A stretch of 64,000 bases of DNA from Planctomycetota bacterium. GTDB taxonomy: Bacteria; Planctomycetota; UBA1135; UBA2386. Both the position numbers and the translations under genes were made by a program. The stretch spans positions 2,304,001 through 2,368,000 of the forward strand of contig OZ245006.1 of the NCBI GenBank assembly GCA_965223545.1. The letters run 5' to 3'. Positions within the stretch are counted from its first letter, which is position 1; each line of letters begins with the position of its first letter. The notes under the pieces are model-generated. The model was not told where the DNA came from. It ran no database searches and was given only the letters and a program-made list of their open reading frames with translations. Shown in pieces: positions 10,650 to 19,114 of this stretch.

Positions 10650-11108
10650 ATGAAAGTCCTGTTGTCCCGACTCAGCAACGACCGCCACCGCTTGGTGGTC
10701 GAACGCGCCGGCGGCGACCGGATCGAGCGCGAGCTCGAGACCCGCAGCGTGCTGTTGCACGACCTCGTGCACTACGCCCTAGAGGCAGAGGCCGGTATGC
10801 AAGACGGCTTCTGGGGGTCACTGGCGTCCGGCATGGACTTCGACACCCTCCTGGCCGAGACCCAGAGCCCAGAGCTGCGCGGCATCCATTTGGCCGAATC
10901 GCTGGTCGGCCCGATGCAATCGGTCTGGAAGGGGCAGCTGTCCGTCGACCGATACGTCGAGACCGCCCGCCGCACTGCGCCGTTCGTCGACCGCTCGTTC
11001 GTCGACGGGGTCCTGCGCCGCATGCGCCACCTGTGGGGCCACTGGTGCGGCACGCCATTTCACGAAACCATGGAGCTCACCTGGCCGCCGCCGAAGGCGG
11101 GACGGTAG
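10650..11108 (+). CDS. Hypothetical protein (LLHDLVHYALE, HDxxH possible metal-binding motif)
   Basis: 152-aa ORF from ATG 10650; partially duplicated at 13304-13554. Confidence 0.7.
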   Translation: MKVLLSRLSNDRHRLVVERAGGDRIERELETRSVLLHDLVHYALEAEAGMQDGFWGSLASGMDFDTLLAETQSPELRGIHLAESLVGPMQSVWKGQLSVDRYVETARRTAPFVDRSFVDGVLRRMRHLWGHWCGTPFHETMELTWPPPKAGR

Positions 11109-11111
11109 GCC

Positions 11112-11436
11112 ACTTGGGCAGCACCTTGCGCTCTCACCCCATCGCCCGGGCAGCGCGCGAGCTGGAGGTGAGCGAGCGCCAGCTCAGCCGGCTGTTCCAG
11201 CGCCACGTCGGCCTCGCGCCCAAGACATTCCAGCGCGTTAGCCGCTTCCGCAGCTTGTTGCACACGATGCAACGGACGGGAGAGCTCGCTTGGACGCGTG
11301 CGGCCTACCACTGCGGCTTTGCCGACCAGCCGCACCTGTGTCGCGAGTTCCGCGGCTTCGCCGGGATCACGCCGAGCCAGTACGTACCAGCCGCGGCGCC
11401 CGACTACATGCCGTGGGCACCGAGAGAAGGCGAAGA
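11112..11436 (+). pseudogene. Orphan 3' (HTH) fragment of the AraC-family gene at 16792-17682
   Basis: Near-identical to 17285-17609 (HPIARAARELEVSERQL...CGFADQPHLCREFR...PDYMPWAPR); lacks the 5' half. Confidence 0.85.
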
Positions 11437-11562
11437 GACTACGCCTAAGGACACGTTGTGCCGGGCAATAGGTCGCGCGCCGGCTCAGGAGTCCATCCAG
11501 CATGCCAGCGCCCCGCTCTCCTCAAGCGGATCCGTCCCGTTCCGATCCGCCCCTTGAGCAAG

Positions 11563-12915
11563 TCAGATCGAGAGCAGGCTCAGCAATAGGTCGAGCTCGT
11601 CTCGCACGCTTGCCTGCTCGACCGACCCAACCATCCAGTCTTGTGGCGGTGACACTCCATCAACTCGCAGCCGAACATTGGTGAGCAGGTTGGTGGCGGT
11701 CGACGTATCCAGGTTGGCGATCGCATTCGCAGCGTTGCGCACACGATTCGCCAGCGAGTTACGTCGCCCCTTTCTCGCATTGTCGTTGGCCCCGACGAAC
11801 AAGTCGAGGTCATACGCGTCGACAACCGCGGCGAGAACCCGCACTTGGTCTTCAAGGAAACCTGTCGTGACGCCCGGGATCGTCGGCGACGGATCAACAT
11901 CGTCGCTCACACCGTCTCCGTCACTGTCGACGTTGCACGGGTCGGAGCCCAGAGCGAGCACCTCGATCCCATCAGGGAGGCTGTCCCCGTCGGAGTCGGG
12001 ATCCAGCGGGCTCGGGCAGCCCGTACCCATCGCGATGTCCTCCTCGACGCCATCGAGCAACCCATCGCCATCCGTGTCCGCGTTCAGCGGGTCAGTGCCG
12101 ATCTCAGCTTCTTCGCCATCGTCCAGACCATCTCCGTCACGGTCGCCGAAGGCCAAACCGACGAGCCGGTTCGAGGTGTTCAGAGCCACCTCCAGCAGCA
12201 CGTCCCCGGTGTCCAGGTCGATCTGCAACAGCCGGGCGGGATTGAACCCCAGCGCCCACATCGCTCCTCCCGCGATCAGTGGATTGCTCGCAACCAAACC
12301 CGGAGGTGGGTAGTGGCGGACAACGGACTGCGTTGCCGGGCTGACGGTCAGCTCGTACAGGTCAGTAATGCCGGTACCATCGTGGTCCAGGTTGTAGATA
12401 GTCCCGGTGGCCGGGTCCACGATGACACCGTCCAGATCGTCGTCGCTCGCCGTGGAATAGTCCGCGATGACGGTCATGGTTCCATCGAGAGCCAGCGCGG
12501 CGAGAATCTCGGAGGTAGCGTCCTGGCCCGGATCAGCGCTCATGTGCAACAGACCGTTCAGGACGAACAGAGACTCACCGACCGTGCCGACACCGTTTAG
12601 AGAAGTGGTGACCGAACTGAGAATGCCCCCTGTCAGCGAGTCGATCTCCACGAGCTGGGGGTTCGTGAACAGTGCATCGCGCGCCAACGCGAAGAGCCGC
12701 CCATCGAAATTCGCCATCTGGACGTTGGCGAAGACCGATTGCCCCAGTGGGCCGACTGGCGAAACGTCGCCCGTGACACCATCGATCAACACGAGGCTGT
12801 CGTTGTCGGTATCAACGCTGAAGAAGGATGGCTGGGCTGCCGCGCTCAGGCCGAGAACCAAAGACGCCGAAGCGCGTCCGATTGCCAACACTAGGGTCAT
12901 CGGTGACCTGTTCAT
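11563..12915 (-). CDS. Secreted protein: beta-propeller-like N-domain, DxDxDG (TSP3-like Ca-binding) repeats, helical C-domain
   Basis: Signal peptide ending AAAQ; repeats DRDGDGLDD, DTDGDGLLDG, DSDGDSLPDG, DSDGDGVSDD. Confidence 0.8.
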   Translation of the reverse strand: MNRSPMTLVLAIGRASASLVLGLSAAAQPSFFSVDTDNDSLVLIDGVTGDVSPVGPLGQSVFANVQMANFDGRLFALARDALFTNPQLVEIDSLTGGILSSVTTSLNGVGTVGESLFVLNGLLHMSADPGQDATSEILAALALDGTMTVIADYSTASDDDLDGVIVDPATGTIYNLDHDGTGITDLYELTVSPATQSVVRHYPPPGLVASNPLIAGGAMWALGFNPARLLQIDLDTGDVLLEVALNTSNRLVGLAFGDRDGDGLDDGEEAEIGTDPLNADTDGDGLLDGVEEDIAMGTGCPSPLDPDSDGDSLPDGIEVLALGSDPCNVDSDGDGVSDDVDPSPTIPGVTTGFLEDQVRVLAAVVDAYDLDLFVGANDNARKGRRNSLANRVRNAANAIANLDTSTATNLLTNVRLRVDGVSPPQDWMVGSVEQASVRDELDLLLSLLSI

Positions 12916-13174
12916 GAGATCTCCATTCGAGATGTACGACGGGCTCACGCGACACGTAAAGCAGCGCCGCGCAGCCATCGGCAGCCCGATCGCGAAGACC
13001 CACGACGGGGCAACGGTGCCGACGGCGATCGTGAGTAGCAGCGCGATTCAGTCGAGTCGTCCATCACGGAGAGCCCCATTTCCCTTCGATTTCGGCGAGG
13101 CCCCCCTGCACCGGACGGTTTTTCGGGGGACCGTGATGGACTCCTACGCCTGTTGACCCCGGGTCGGGTGCAAA

Positions 13175-13554
13175 GACGCGCTCACATCTCTGCAGAATCA
13201 GGAACCCCGGGCAGCTCGCGTCGTCGAACTCCGCTTCTGCGGCGGCCTGACGATCGAAGAAGTTGCAACGCGACTGCACGTCGGCACGACGACAGTTGAA
13301 CGAGACCGCCACCGGCTGGTGGTCGAACGCCCCGACGTCGACCGGATCGAGCGCGAGCTCGAGACCCGCTGCGTTCTGCTGCACGACCTGGTGCACTTCG
13401 CCCTCGAGGCAGAGGCCGGCCTGCAGGATGGCTTCTGGGGTTCGTTGGCGTCGGGCATGGACTTCGACGCCCTACTGGCCGAGGCCCAGAGCCCAGAGCT
13501 GCGCGGCATCCATTTGGCCGAATCGCTGGTCGGCCCGATGCAATCGGTCTGGAA
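13175..13554 (+). pseudogene. Chimeric remnant: ECF sigma region 4 fused in frame to a partial copy of the 10650 gene
   Basis: Frame reads DALTSLQNQEPRAARVVELRFCGGLTIEEVATRLHVGTTTVERD-RHRLVVER...PMQSVWK; upstream in-frame TGA at 13154 and no start for the ECF part. Confidence 0.75.
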
Positions 13555-13556
13555 AA

Positions 13557-13808
13557 CCGCTCCGGCAAGAGCGGCATCCGAGTTTGGTTGCGGCCGTGGC
13601 CGCGCTGAGCCTCGGGGTCCGAGAATGTTCGAGCGGCAACAACCTTTCGGAAGGCCCGTCGTCGCCGGGACTTCGATACCGCAACTCCCGGAGGCTCGAA
13701 GACAACACTGGCGTCTGCGCTCAGCGCGGCGGCGGATGTGTCAGAACTTCCAACCCGCTCCGGCAAGAGCGGCATCCGAGTTTGGTTGCGGCCCCGGCCG
13801 CGCTGAGC
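13557..13808. repeat. Two 54-bp direct repeats (13557-13610, 13755-13808) containing a GCGGCC-nn-GGCCGC palindrome, REP-like
   Basis: ccgctccggcaagagcggcatccgagtttggttgcggcc[gt/cc]ggccgcgctgagc; the copies differ only at the 2 central nt of the palindrome. Confidence 0.85.
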
Positions 13809-13824
13809 ATCCCGACGGTCATCT

Positions 13825-14946
13825 TCAGGGCGTCGTCACGATGGTCGCCGAACTGAGCTGGAGACTTTGGTCGTAGAGCACCGTCTGCAACGCGACCGTG
13901 AACCCCAAGGGCAGCGGCGGATGGTTGATCGCCAGACGGTGGAGGCGGCTAGCGGGCAGAGTGCCGTAGCCGATGAACACGTGATCGGCGGGATTCACCC
14001 AAAGGGCGCCGAGAGGGCCAAGGAGGGCCGGAGACGGGTCGCTGATCAGGATTGCGAAGTCCGCTCCCGCCGGGCCGTGCAGCTCGACGTCGAGTCGCTG
14101 GCCGGTGGTGTCGGCGATAGTGCTCGATACTTCGCGATGAATGACCGTCGCCGGTCCCTCGATCGGAACGGCGCCGGGCGCGGGCGTCACCGTCGCCGAC
14201 GGGTCGAGGATCAGGACGCCACCCGAGGTCCGGATGGCGGGTTGCGGAAACACGGTGCCAGTGCCCTGGACCGTGGTGCGGGTCAGGGTCACTCGGCCGC
14301 CCATCAGCGTCAATCCGGCACCAGGGAACGTGCCAAAGCTCCCGCGAATCGAGCACGACACGCAACTGACGTCGCCGCTGGCGACAGTCAACCCCGAGAA
14401 CAGGTTGGGGTCGAACACGCAACGCTCGACCACGACCGACGCGCTGCCAATGGAGAGGGTTTCGACAACGGCGTCGGCGACGTGGACTTGCGCCGACGCA
14501 GACACTCGGAGATCCCACTGGGCGAGGTTCGACTGACCGAGGTCACGCAGCGACACGGACCCGGCACAGTCGCGCACGGTCAGTGGATAGGACGGCCCCG
14601 CGGTGTAGGAGGCGGTGTACGCATCAAAGCCGCGCATCGCGAACGTCTGCCCCGACGGCACGTCGTGGACTTCGATGCCCAAGAAGCCCGGCGGTGACAG
14701 CGAGAAGGAAGGCTCCAGACGAGCCCCCCTCCCGATCAGGTGGATGCCCTTGTCGATCTTGATGGCCTTGGACTCGGAGTAGATCCCGGCGCGCACCAGC
14801 ACGATGTCACCCGGAGCCGCCGCGACCACAGCTGACGAAATGGTCTGAAAGGGGCCGGCTACGGGGTCGACGATAAGAGTTTGCTGGCCGGTGGCGATGC
14901 CAGCGAGGATCGCAACGACGGCCACCACACGGGTGTGGGGAAGCAT
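13825..14946 (-). CDS. Secreted beta-helix protein with shared C-terminal domain
   Basis: Signal peptide; FQTISSAVVAAAPGDIVLVRAGIYSE beta-helix cap; paralogous to 29801-30958. Confidence 0.8.
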   Translation of the reverse strand: MLPHTRVVAVVAILAGIATGQQTLIVDPVAGPFQTISSAVVAAAPGDIVLVRAGIYSESKAIKIDKGIHLIGRGARLEPSFSLSPPGFLGIEVHDVPSGQTFAMRGFDAYTASYTAGPSYPLTVRDCAGSVSLRDLGQSNLAQWDLRVSASAQVHVADAVVETLSIGSASVVVERCVFDPNLFSGLTVASGDVSCVSCSIRGSFGTFPGAGLTLMGGRVTLTRTTVQGTGTVFPQPAIRTSGGVLILDPSATVTPAPGAVPIEGPATVIHREVSSTIADTTGQRLDVELHGPAGADFAILISDPSPALLGPLGALWVNPADHVFIGYGTLPASRLHRLAINHPPLPLGFTVALQTVLYDQSLQLSSATIVTTP

Positions 14947-15126
14947 TGGGGCGAAGCTCCTTCGAGAGGGGAACGGAACACCTTGGACGGCGCAAGTCTC
15001 GTGCCGGCAGCGGCAATCGCGATGCAGGCGCCGTACGCGCGGGCGCGCGGTCGATTCCGGGCACAGACATCGGCGCATCGGCACCCATTCGTCCGTTCGC
15101 CGACGGTGCGCACCCCTCGCATCACC

Positions 15127-16131
15127 TCACCCCCCGATGTTCGAGGAGTGGAAGTGCGCGACGCGCCACTCACCGCCACGCTGGACGACCACCGCGGTGC
15201 GGCGCCCCGGGCGCGAGGCGCGCTCCACGCGCCAGGTCACCAGCGCGCTCCGCGGACCGAGCTCGGTCACCGAGAAGTCGGTCGCAGCGTCGCGGACGCC
15301 GAGGGGAGCGCTGCCGCCAGCGGCGCGCCACTGCGCGAAGCGCTGGGTCATCGCGTCACCGATGGCATCTCGACCGGTCACCAGCCGGGTCGCATCGGCG
15401 TGAGGAAAGTAGATCGAGGCATCCTCGGTCAGCTCCTCCTGCACCGCGTCGCTGTCCATCGCATCGAGGGCGGCGACAAAGCGGTGGACCGCGGCGAGCG
15501 GTGTGCTGGCCCCACCCTCATCGGCCTCGGCAAACCGAACCGGCGCGGTCCACCGATGGGGCCCCCAGGCGAGCTGCAGCGTCATCTCGCAGCCATCGCC
15601 CGCCGTGCGCAGAGTGACCTCGAGCAGCTCGACCACCTCGTCGACGAGCTCGTGCCGCAGCGCGATCTCGATTCCCTCGGGATAGCGGTCGCCGAACGGC
15701 GGGTAGGCGCCGCGCGCATGCGCGTCGGCGGGTTCCATCAACCGCAGTGCCATGCGACCCGCGACATCGAACCCCCATCCGACATAGCGCAGCCCCGATG
15801 CGACCCGCTGGTCGCCGAACACGATCGCTCGGTTGTTGTCGATCGTGGCCCAGTAGTTCCGGCCGAGCCGAAACCAACGGTCGCGCGCTGGAGCGGAGAG
15901 CAGTTGCTCGTGCTCTGGCTTCCACCGCGGTTGCCCGCACGCGATCCGCACGAGCGCGAGGGGCTCGCCGTCGAACGCCAGCTCGAGGCCGTCCTTGCGC
16001 GGCTCGGTCGTCACCAAGAACGCAGCCGCGGTGCCACCTCCCGAGAACGTCAGGAGCTGTGTGGACTGGCCGGCGACCGGCGCAGCCGCGACCGTCGACA
16101 AGAGCAGCAGGAGGAAGCGCGGCTGACTCAT
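15127..16131 (-). CDS. Secreted DUF2911-like domain fused to a SnoaL/NTF2-like domain
   Basis: Signal peptide; WFRLGRNYWATIDNNRAIVFGDQRVASG...LQLAWG (DUF2911-like); FVAALDAMDSDAV...GRDAI...WRVAHFHSS (NTF2-like). ATGA overlap with the upstream gene. Confidence 0.7.
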   Translation of the reverse strand: MSQPRFLLLLLSTVAAAPVAGQSTQLLTFSGGGTAAAFLVTTEPRKDGLELAFDGEPLALVRIACGQPRWKPEHEQLLSAPARDRWFRLGRNYWATIDNNRAIVFGDQRVASGLRYVGWGFDVAGRMALRLMEPADAHARGAYPPFGDRYPEGIEIALRHELVDEVVELLEVTLRTAGDGCEMTLQLAWGPHRWTAPVRFAEADEGGASTPLAAVHRFVAALDAMDSDAVQEELTEDASIYFPHADATRLVTGRDAIGDAMTQRFAQWRAAGGSAPLGVRDAATDFSVTELGPRSALVTWRVERASRPGRRTAVVVQRGGEWRVAHFHSSNIGG

Positions 16132-16697
16132 CGGTCCTCCTCGTGGGTGACCCGCTCGTACGCGGTCTCGACGGCGAGCTCTTCGCGTCCATCGGGAGCG
16201 ATGTTGAACGCCGAGATGGTCAGCCGGTCGTCGGCCGCAAACGCGTACTCCGTTCGCCACCCCCACGGCTCCTGCGCCGCGTGCATGCGGTAGCTTCCGG
16301 TGACCGCGAAGCCATCGCGCGCGGGCTTCCCGCGGGACACCATCAGCGCGTTCGACATGTGGAAGGCGTCCCACCACACGAGCTGGAGATCGCCCGCGAC
16401 ACGATCGAACGCGATCGTCTCTTCGCCGGCCGAGGTCTTGCCGTCGCGGGCGCGCGTATAGCAGTGGCGCACCATGCGCCCCTCGAGCAGGGGCTCGAAG
16501 CGCCCGCGAATCACGGCGTCGTCGAGGAGCTTGCCGGCCGACCAGGCCTTGCACGTCCCCTGCCATTCGCCGAGTAGACGGTCGAAGAGATCATGGTCCA
16601 TGGCCTGGTTCGACTCCTGCAGACGATTCGACGGAAGGACAATCGGAGAGAAAACAGCGGCGAGTGAGCTCGCCAGCAAGAGCGACGTACAGCGCAT
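16128..16697 (-). CDS. DUF1579-family protein
   Basis: LLGEWQGTCKAW...WWDAFHMSNALMVSRG...WGWRTEY...AVETAYER. Confidence 0.75.
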   Translation of the reverse strand: MRCTSLLLASSLAAVFSPIVLPSNRLQESNQAMDHDLFDRLLGEWQGTCKAWSAGKLLDDAVIRGRFEPLLEGRMVRHCYTRARDGKTSAGEETIAFDRVAGDLQLVWWDAFHMSNALMVSRGKPARDGFAVTGSYRMHAAQEPWGWRTEYAFAADDRLTISAFNIAPDGREELAVETAYERVTHEEDR

Positions 16698-16791
16698 GCA
16701 CGCACTGTCCGCGCGGCGATCCGGTGAGGCTTGAACGAATCGGACACCTGCACGGCACCGCTCGGCGCGGCAGAATGGGACACCGAGCTCG

Positions 16792-17682
16792 ATGCGCTAC
16801 GTCCGCCGCCCTCCCCGTCTGCCGCTCGACACGATCGTCGATCACTACTGGGCCTTCGAAGGTTACGAAGTGCCCGTCGCCACCGGGCTACTGTTCGCCG
16901 ACGGCTGCTGTGACCTGATGTTCGCGCTCGACATCTCGATGACGCTGACCCGCGGCCAACGCACCCAGAGTTGGCGTGGCGCCGCGATCTCGGGCCAGCG
17001 GACCGCGCCGATCCGGATCGATCTGCCGGCCAAGCGCTTCACGATCGTGGGCGCTCGCCTGAGGCCGTGGGGACTCCCCCCTCTCATCGGCGCACCGGCC
17101 ATCGAGGCCCGCGACGCGGTGATCGACCTGCACGCGTTTTGGTCTGCCGACGCGGAACGCATTGCGGACAGGATGGCCGCGGCCGAGACGCCGGCGGCGC
17201 GCATCGACATTCTTGAAGATTTGCTCGAACGTCGCTTCGACGCTCGGCGATTACCGAGCACCGGCCTCATCGAAAAGATCGACGACTTGGGGAGCGCCTT
17301 GTGCGCCCACCCCATCGCCCGGGCAGCGCGCGAGCTGAAGGTGAGCGAGCGCCAGCTCGGCCGGCTGTTCCAGCGCCACGTTGGCCTCGCGCCCAAGACA
17401 TTCCAACGCGTCAGTCGCTTCCGCCGCTTGGTGCGCACGATGCAAACGATGGGAGAGCTCGCTTGGACGCGTGCGGCCTACCACTGCGGCTTTGCCGACC
17501 AGCCGCACTTGTGTCGCGAGTTCCGCGCCTTCGCCGGAATCACGCCGAGTCAGTACATACCAGCCGCGGCGCCCGACTACATGCCGTGGGCACCAAGACA
17601 AGGCGAAGACCACGCGCGGCGGCGGGATCCCGAGCGGAGCTCGGGCGCCGCGCGTAGTGGCGAGCGACTGCGCGTCAGTTGA
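16792..17682 (+). CDS. AraC-family transcriptional regulator (DUF6597-like N-terminus)
   Basis: VDHYW...ADGCCDLMF N-terminus; SERQLGRLFQRHVGLAPK...GFADQPHLCREFRAFAGITP HTH. Divergent from the DUF1579 operon. Confidence 0.9.
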   Translation: MRYVRRPPRLPLDTIVDHYWAFEGYEVPVATGLLFADGCCDLMFALDISMTLTRGQRTQSWRGAAISGQRTAPIRIDLPAKRFTIVGARLRPWGLPPLIGAPAIEARDAVIDLHAFWSADAERIADRMAAAETPAARIDILEDLLERRFDARRLPSTGLIEKIDDLGSALCAHPIARAARELKVSERQLGRLFQRHVGLAPKTFQRVSRFRRLVRTMQTMGELAWTRAAYHCGFADQPHLCREFRAFAGITPSQYIPAAAPDYMPWAPRQGEDHARRRDPERSSGAARSGERLRVS

Positions 17683-18388
17683 CGACGGTCCAGCGCTCCC
17701 CGTCCTGACCGGTGGCGTTGGCGGCGGTGGTCGACGCCATGCTGACGCTGCTGATGCCGGTGAGGAAGGCCGCCGGCCAGTTGAGCGTGGGACTGGTGCC
17801 CGAGTAGCGCGTCGTGGAGTTGCGCGACGCGAGCACGTCGCCGGCCTGGTTGACGAAGAAGATGCGCTTGCCGGAGTTGCCGTAGCTCGAGGGCCACGCG
17901 TAGCTCATCCACAGCACCTCCGACAGGGCGGCGTCGATCTGCTGGCCAGCGGCGCCGCCGCCGGGCGTGCCGGCCTCGGCGGCCGGCACGCCGCCGGACG
18001 CACGGTTGGGCAGCCACACGCCGAACACGTAGCCCGAGCGGATCACCTGGCGGTTGACGACATTGCCGAACGCGCCCGACAGGAACGGCGGGTTGATCCG
18101 CTCGGTGCCCACGCCTCCGGTCTCGTTGTTGCGCACGGGAACCGCGCCCGAGAGCTCGCCGAAGAAGCCGTACTCGCCGGCGCCGTTGCCGTTGGCATCG
18201 ATCACGGCAGCAGCCTGACACTGCGACTGCGCGGACGCGATGTTCTTCAGAGTGGCGATCGCCGCGGACTCGTTGGCGTTGAGCCGGGCACTGAGCAGGT
18301 TGGGAATCGCGATCGAGGCGATGATCGCGATGATCGCGACGACGATCATCAGCTCGATCAAGGTGAAGCCGAAGTCTCTTCGTTTCAT
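17675..18388 (-). CDS. Prepilin-type (type IV pilin-like) protein with DUF2950-like C-terminal motif
   Basis: MKRRDFG/FTLIELMIVVAIIAIIASIAIP class III signal; C-terminal AWPSSYGNSGKRIFFVNQAGDV. Confidence 0.85.
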   Translation of the reverse strand: MKRRDFGFTLIELMIVVAIIAIIASIAIPNLLSARLNANESAAIATLKNIASAQSQCQAAAVIDANGNGAGEYGFFGELSGAVPVRNNETGGVGTERINPPFLSGAFGNVVNRQVIRSGYVFGVWLPNRASGGVPAAEAGTPGGGAAGQQIDAALSEVLWMSYAWPSSYGNSGKRIFFVNQAGDVLASRNSTTRYSGTSPTLNWPAAFLTGISSVSMASTTAANATGQDGERWTVVN

Positions 18389-18583
18389 CGGTTGTTGCAT
18401 TCCTGAACAGGGATCCAATAGATGTGGTGCGGGGCCGCGCACACGCGTGCGCGCCGCTGCCGGCCCACACACGCAAAGCGCAGCACCGGCGGCTCCCGAA
18501 ATGCGGATCAATCACATTCGCGACGCTGGACGATGAGTCCGGTGCGGGCCGGAGATCGCGATCTCCAAGGCGAGGGAGATCCC

Positions 18584-19114
18584 ATGGCAGGTGGCGGCGA
18601 CGAGAACGGGACGGATCAGCTGGCGCTTGCGTATGACGAGCTGCGCCGGTTGGCAGGGCGCTATCTGCGCCACGGCGGTGCCGACCAGACGCTGCAACCC
18701 ACGGCCTTGGTGCACGAGGCCTGGCTGCGACTCGCCGGCAACCGCGCTCTCGACGAGATCACCAGCAGCCACGTCGCCGCGCGCGCGGCGCGTGCCATGC
18801 GCCACGTGTTGGTCGACCGCGCGCGCCGGCGTGGATCGGCGAAGCGTGGAGGTGATTGGCAGCGCGTCGCGCTGGAGGCCGCGCCGCCACGGTCGGAAGC
18901 CACCGCACTGCTCGACGCGGTCGTCCTGAACCAGGCCATCGACGCGCTGGCGGCATCCCACGCCGAGCTCGCCGAGCTGGCCGAGCTGCGGCTGCTCGCC
19001 GGCCGGTCCCTGGCCGACGCTGCCGCGATCCTCGACTGGCCCCTTTCGACCGCCAAGAAGCGGTGGCAGTTCACCATCGCCTGGTTGGCGCGCGCGGTGA
19101 GGTCGGACGATTGA
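18584..19114 (+). CDS. ECF sigma factor (TIGR02999-like, kinase-associated)
   Basis: YDELRRLA...TLQPTALVHEAWLRL...AMRHVLVDRARRRGSAKRGG...TAKKRWQFTIAWL. Confidence 0.92.
   Translation: MAGGGDENGTDQLALAYDELRRLAGRYLRHGGADQTLQPTALVHEAWLRLAGNRALDEITSSHVAARAARAMRHVLVDRARRRGSAKRGGDWQRVALEAAPPRSEATALLDAVVLNQAIDALAASHAELAELAELRLLAGRSLADAAAILDWPLSTAKKRWQFTIAWLARAVRSDD

Noticed and set aside
10490..11557. 355-aa AraC-like ORF
   Set aside because: The N-terminal part is an alternative frame over the sulfatase start and the 10650 gene; only the duplicated HTH fragment is real.
13557..13808. CRISPR array
   Set aside because: Only two 54-bp units with a 144-bp gap, and no cas genes.
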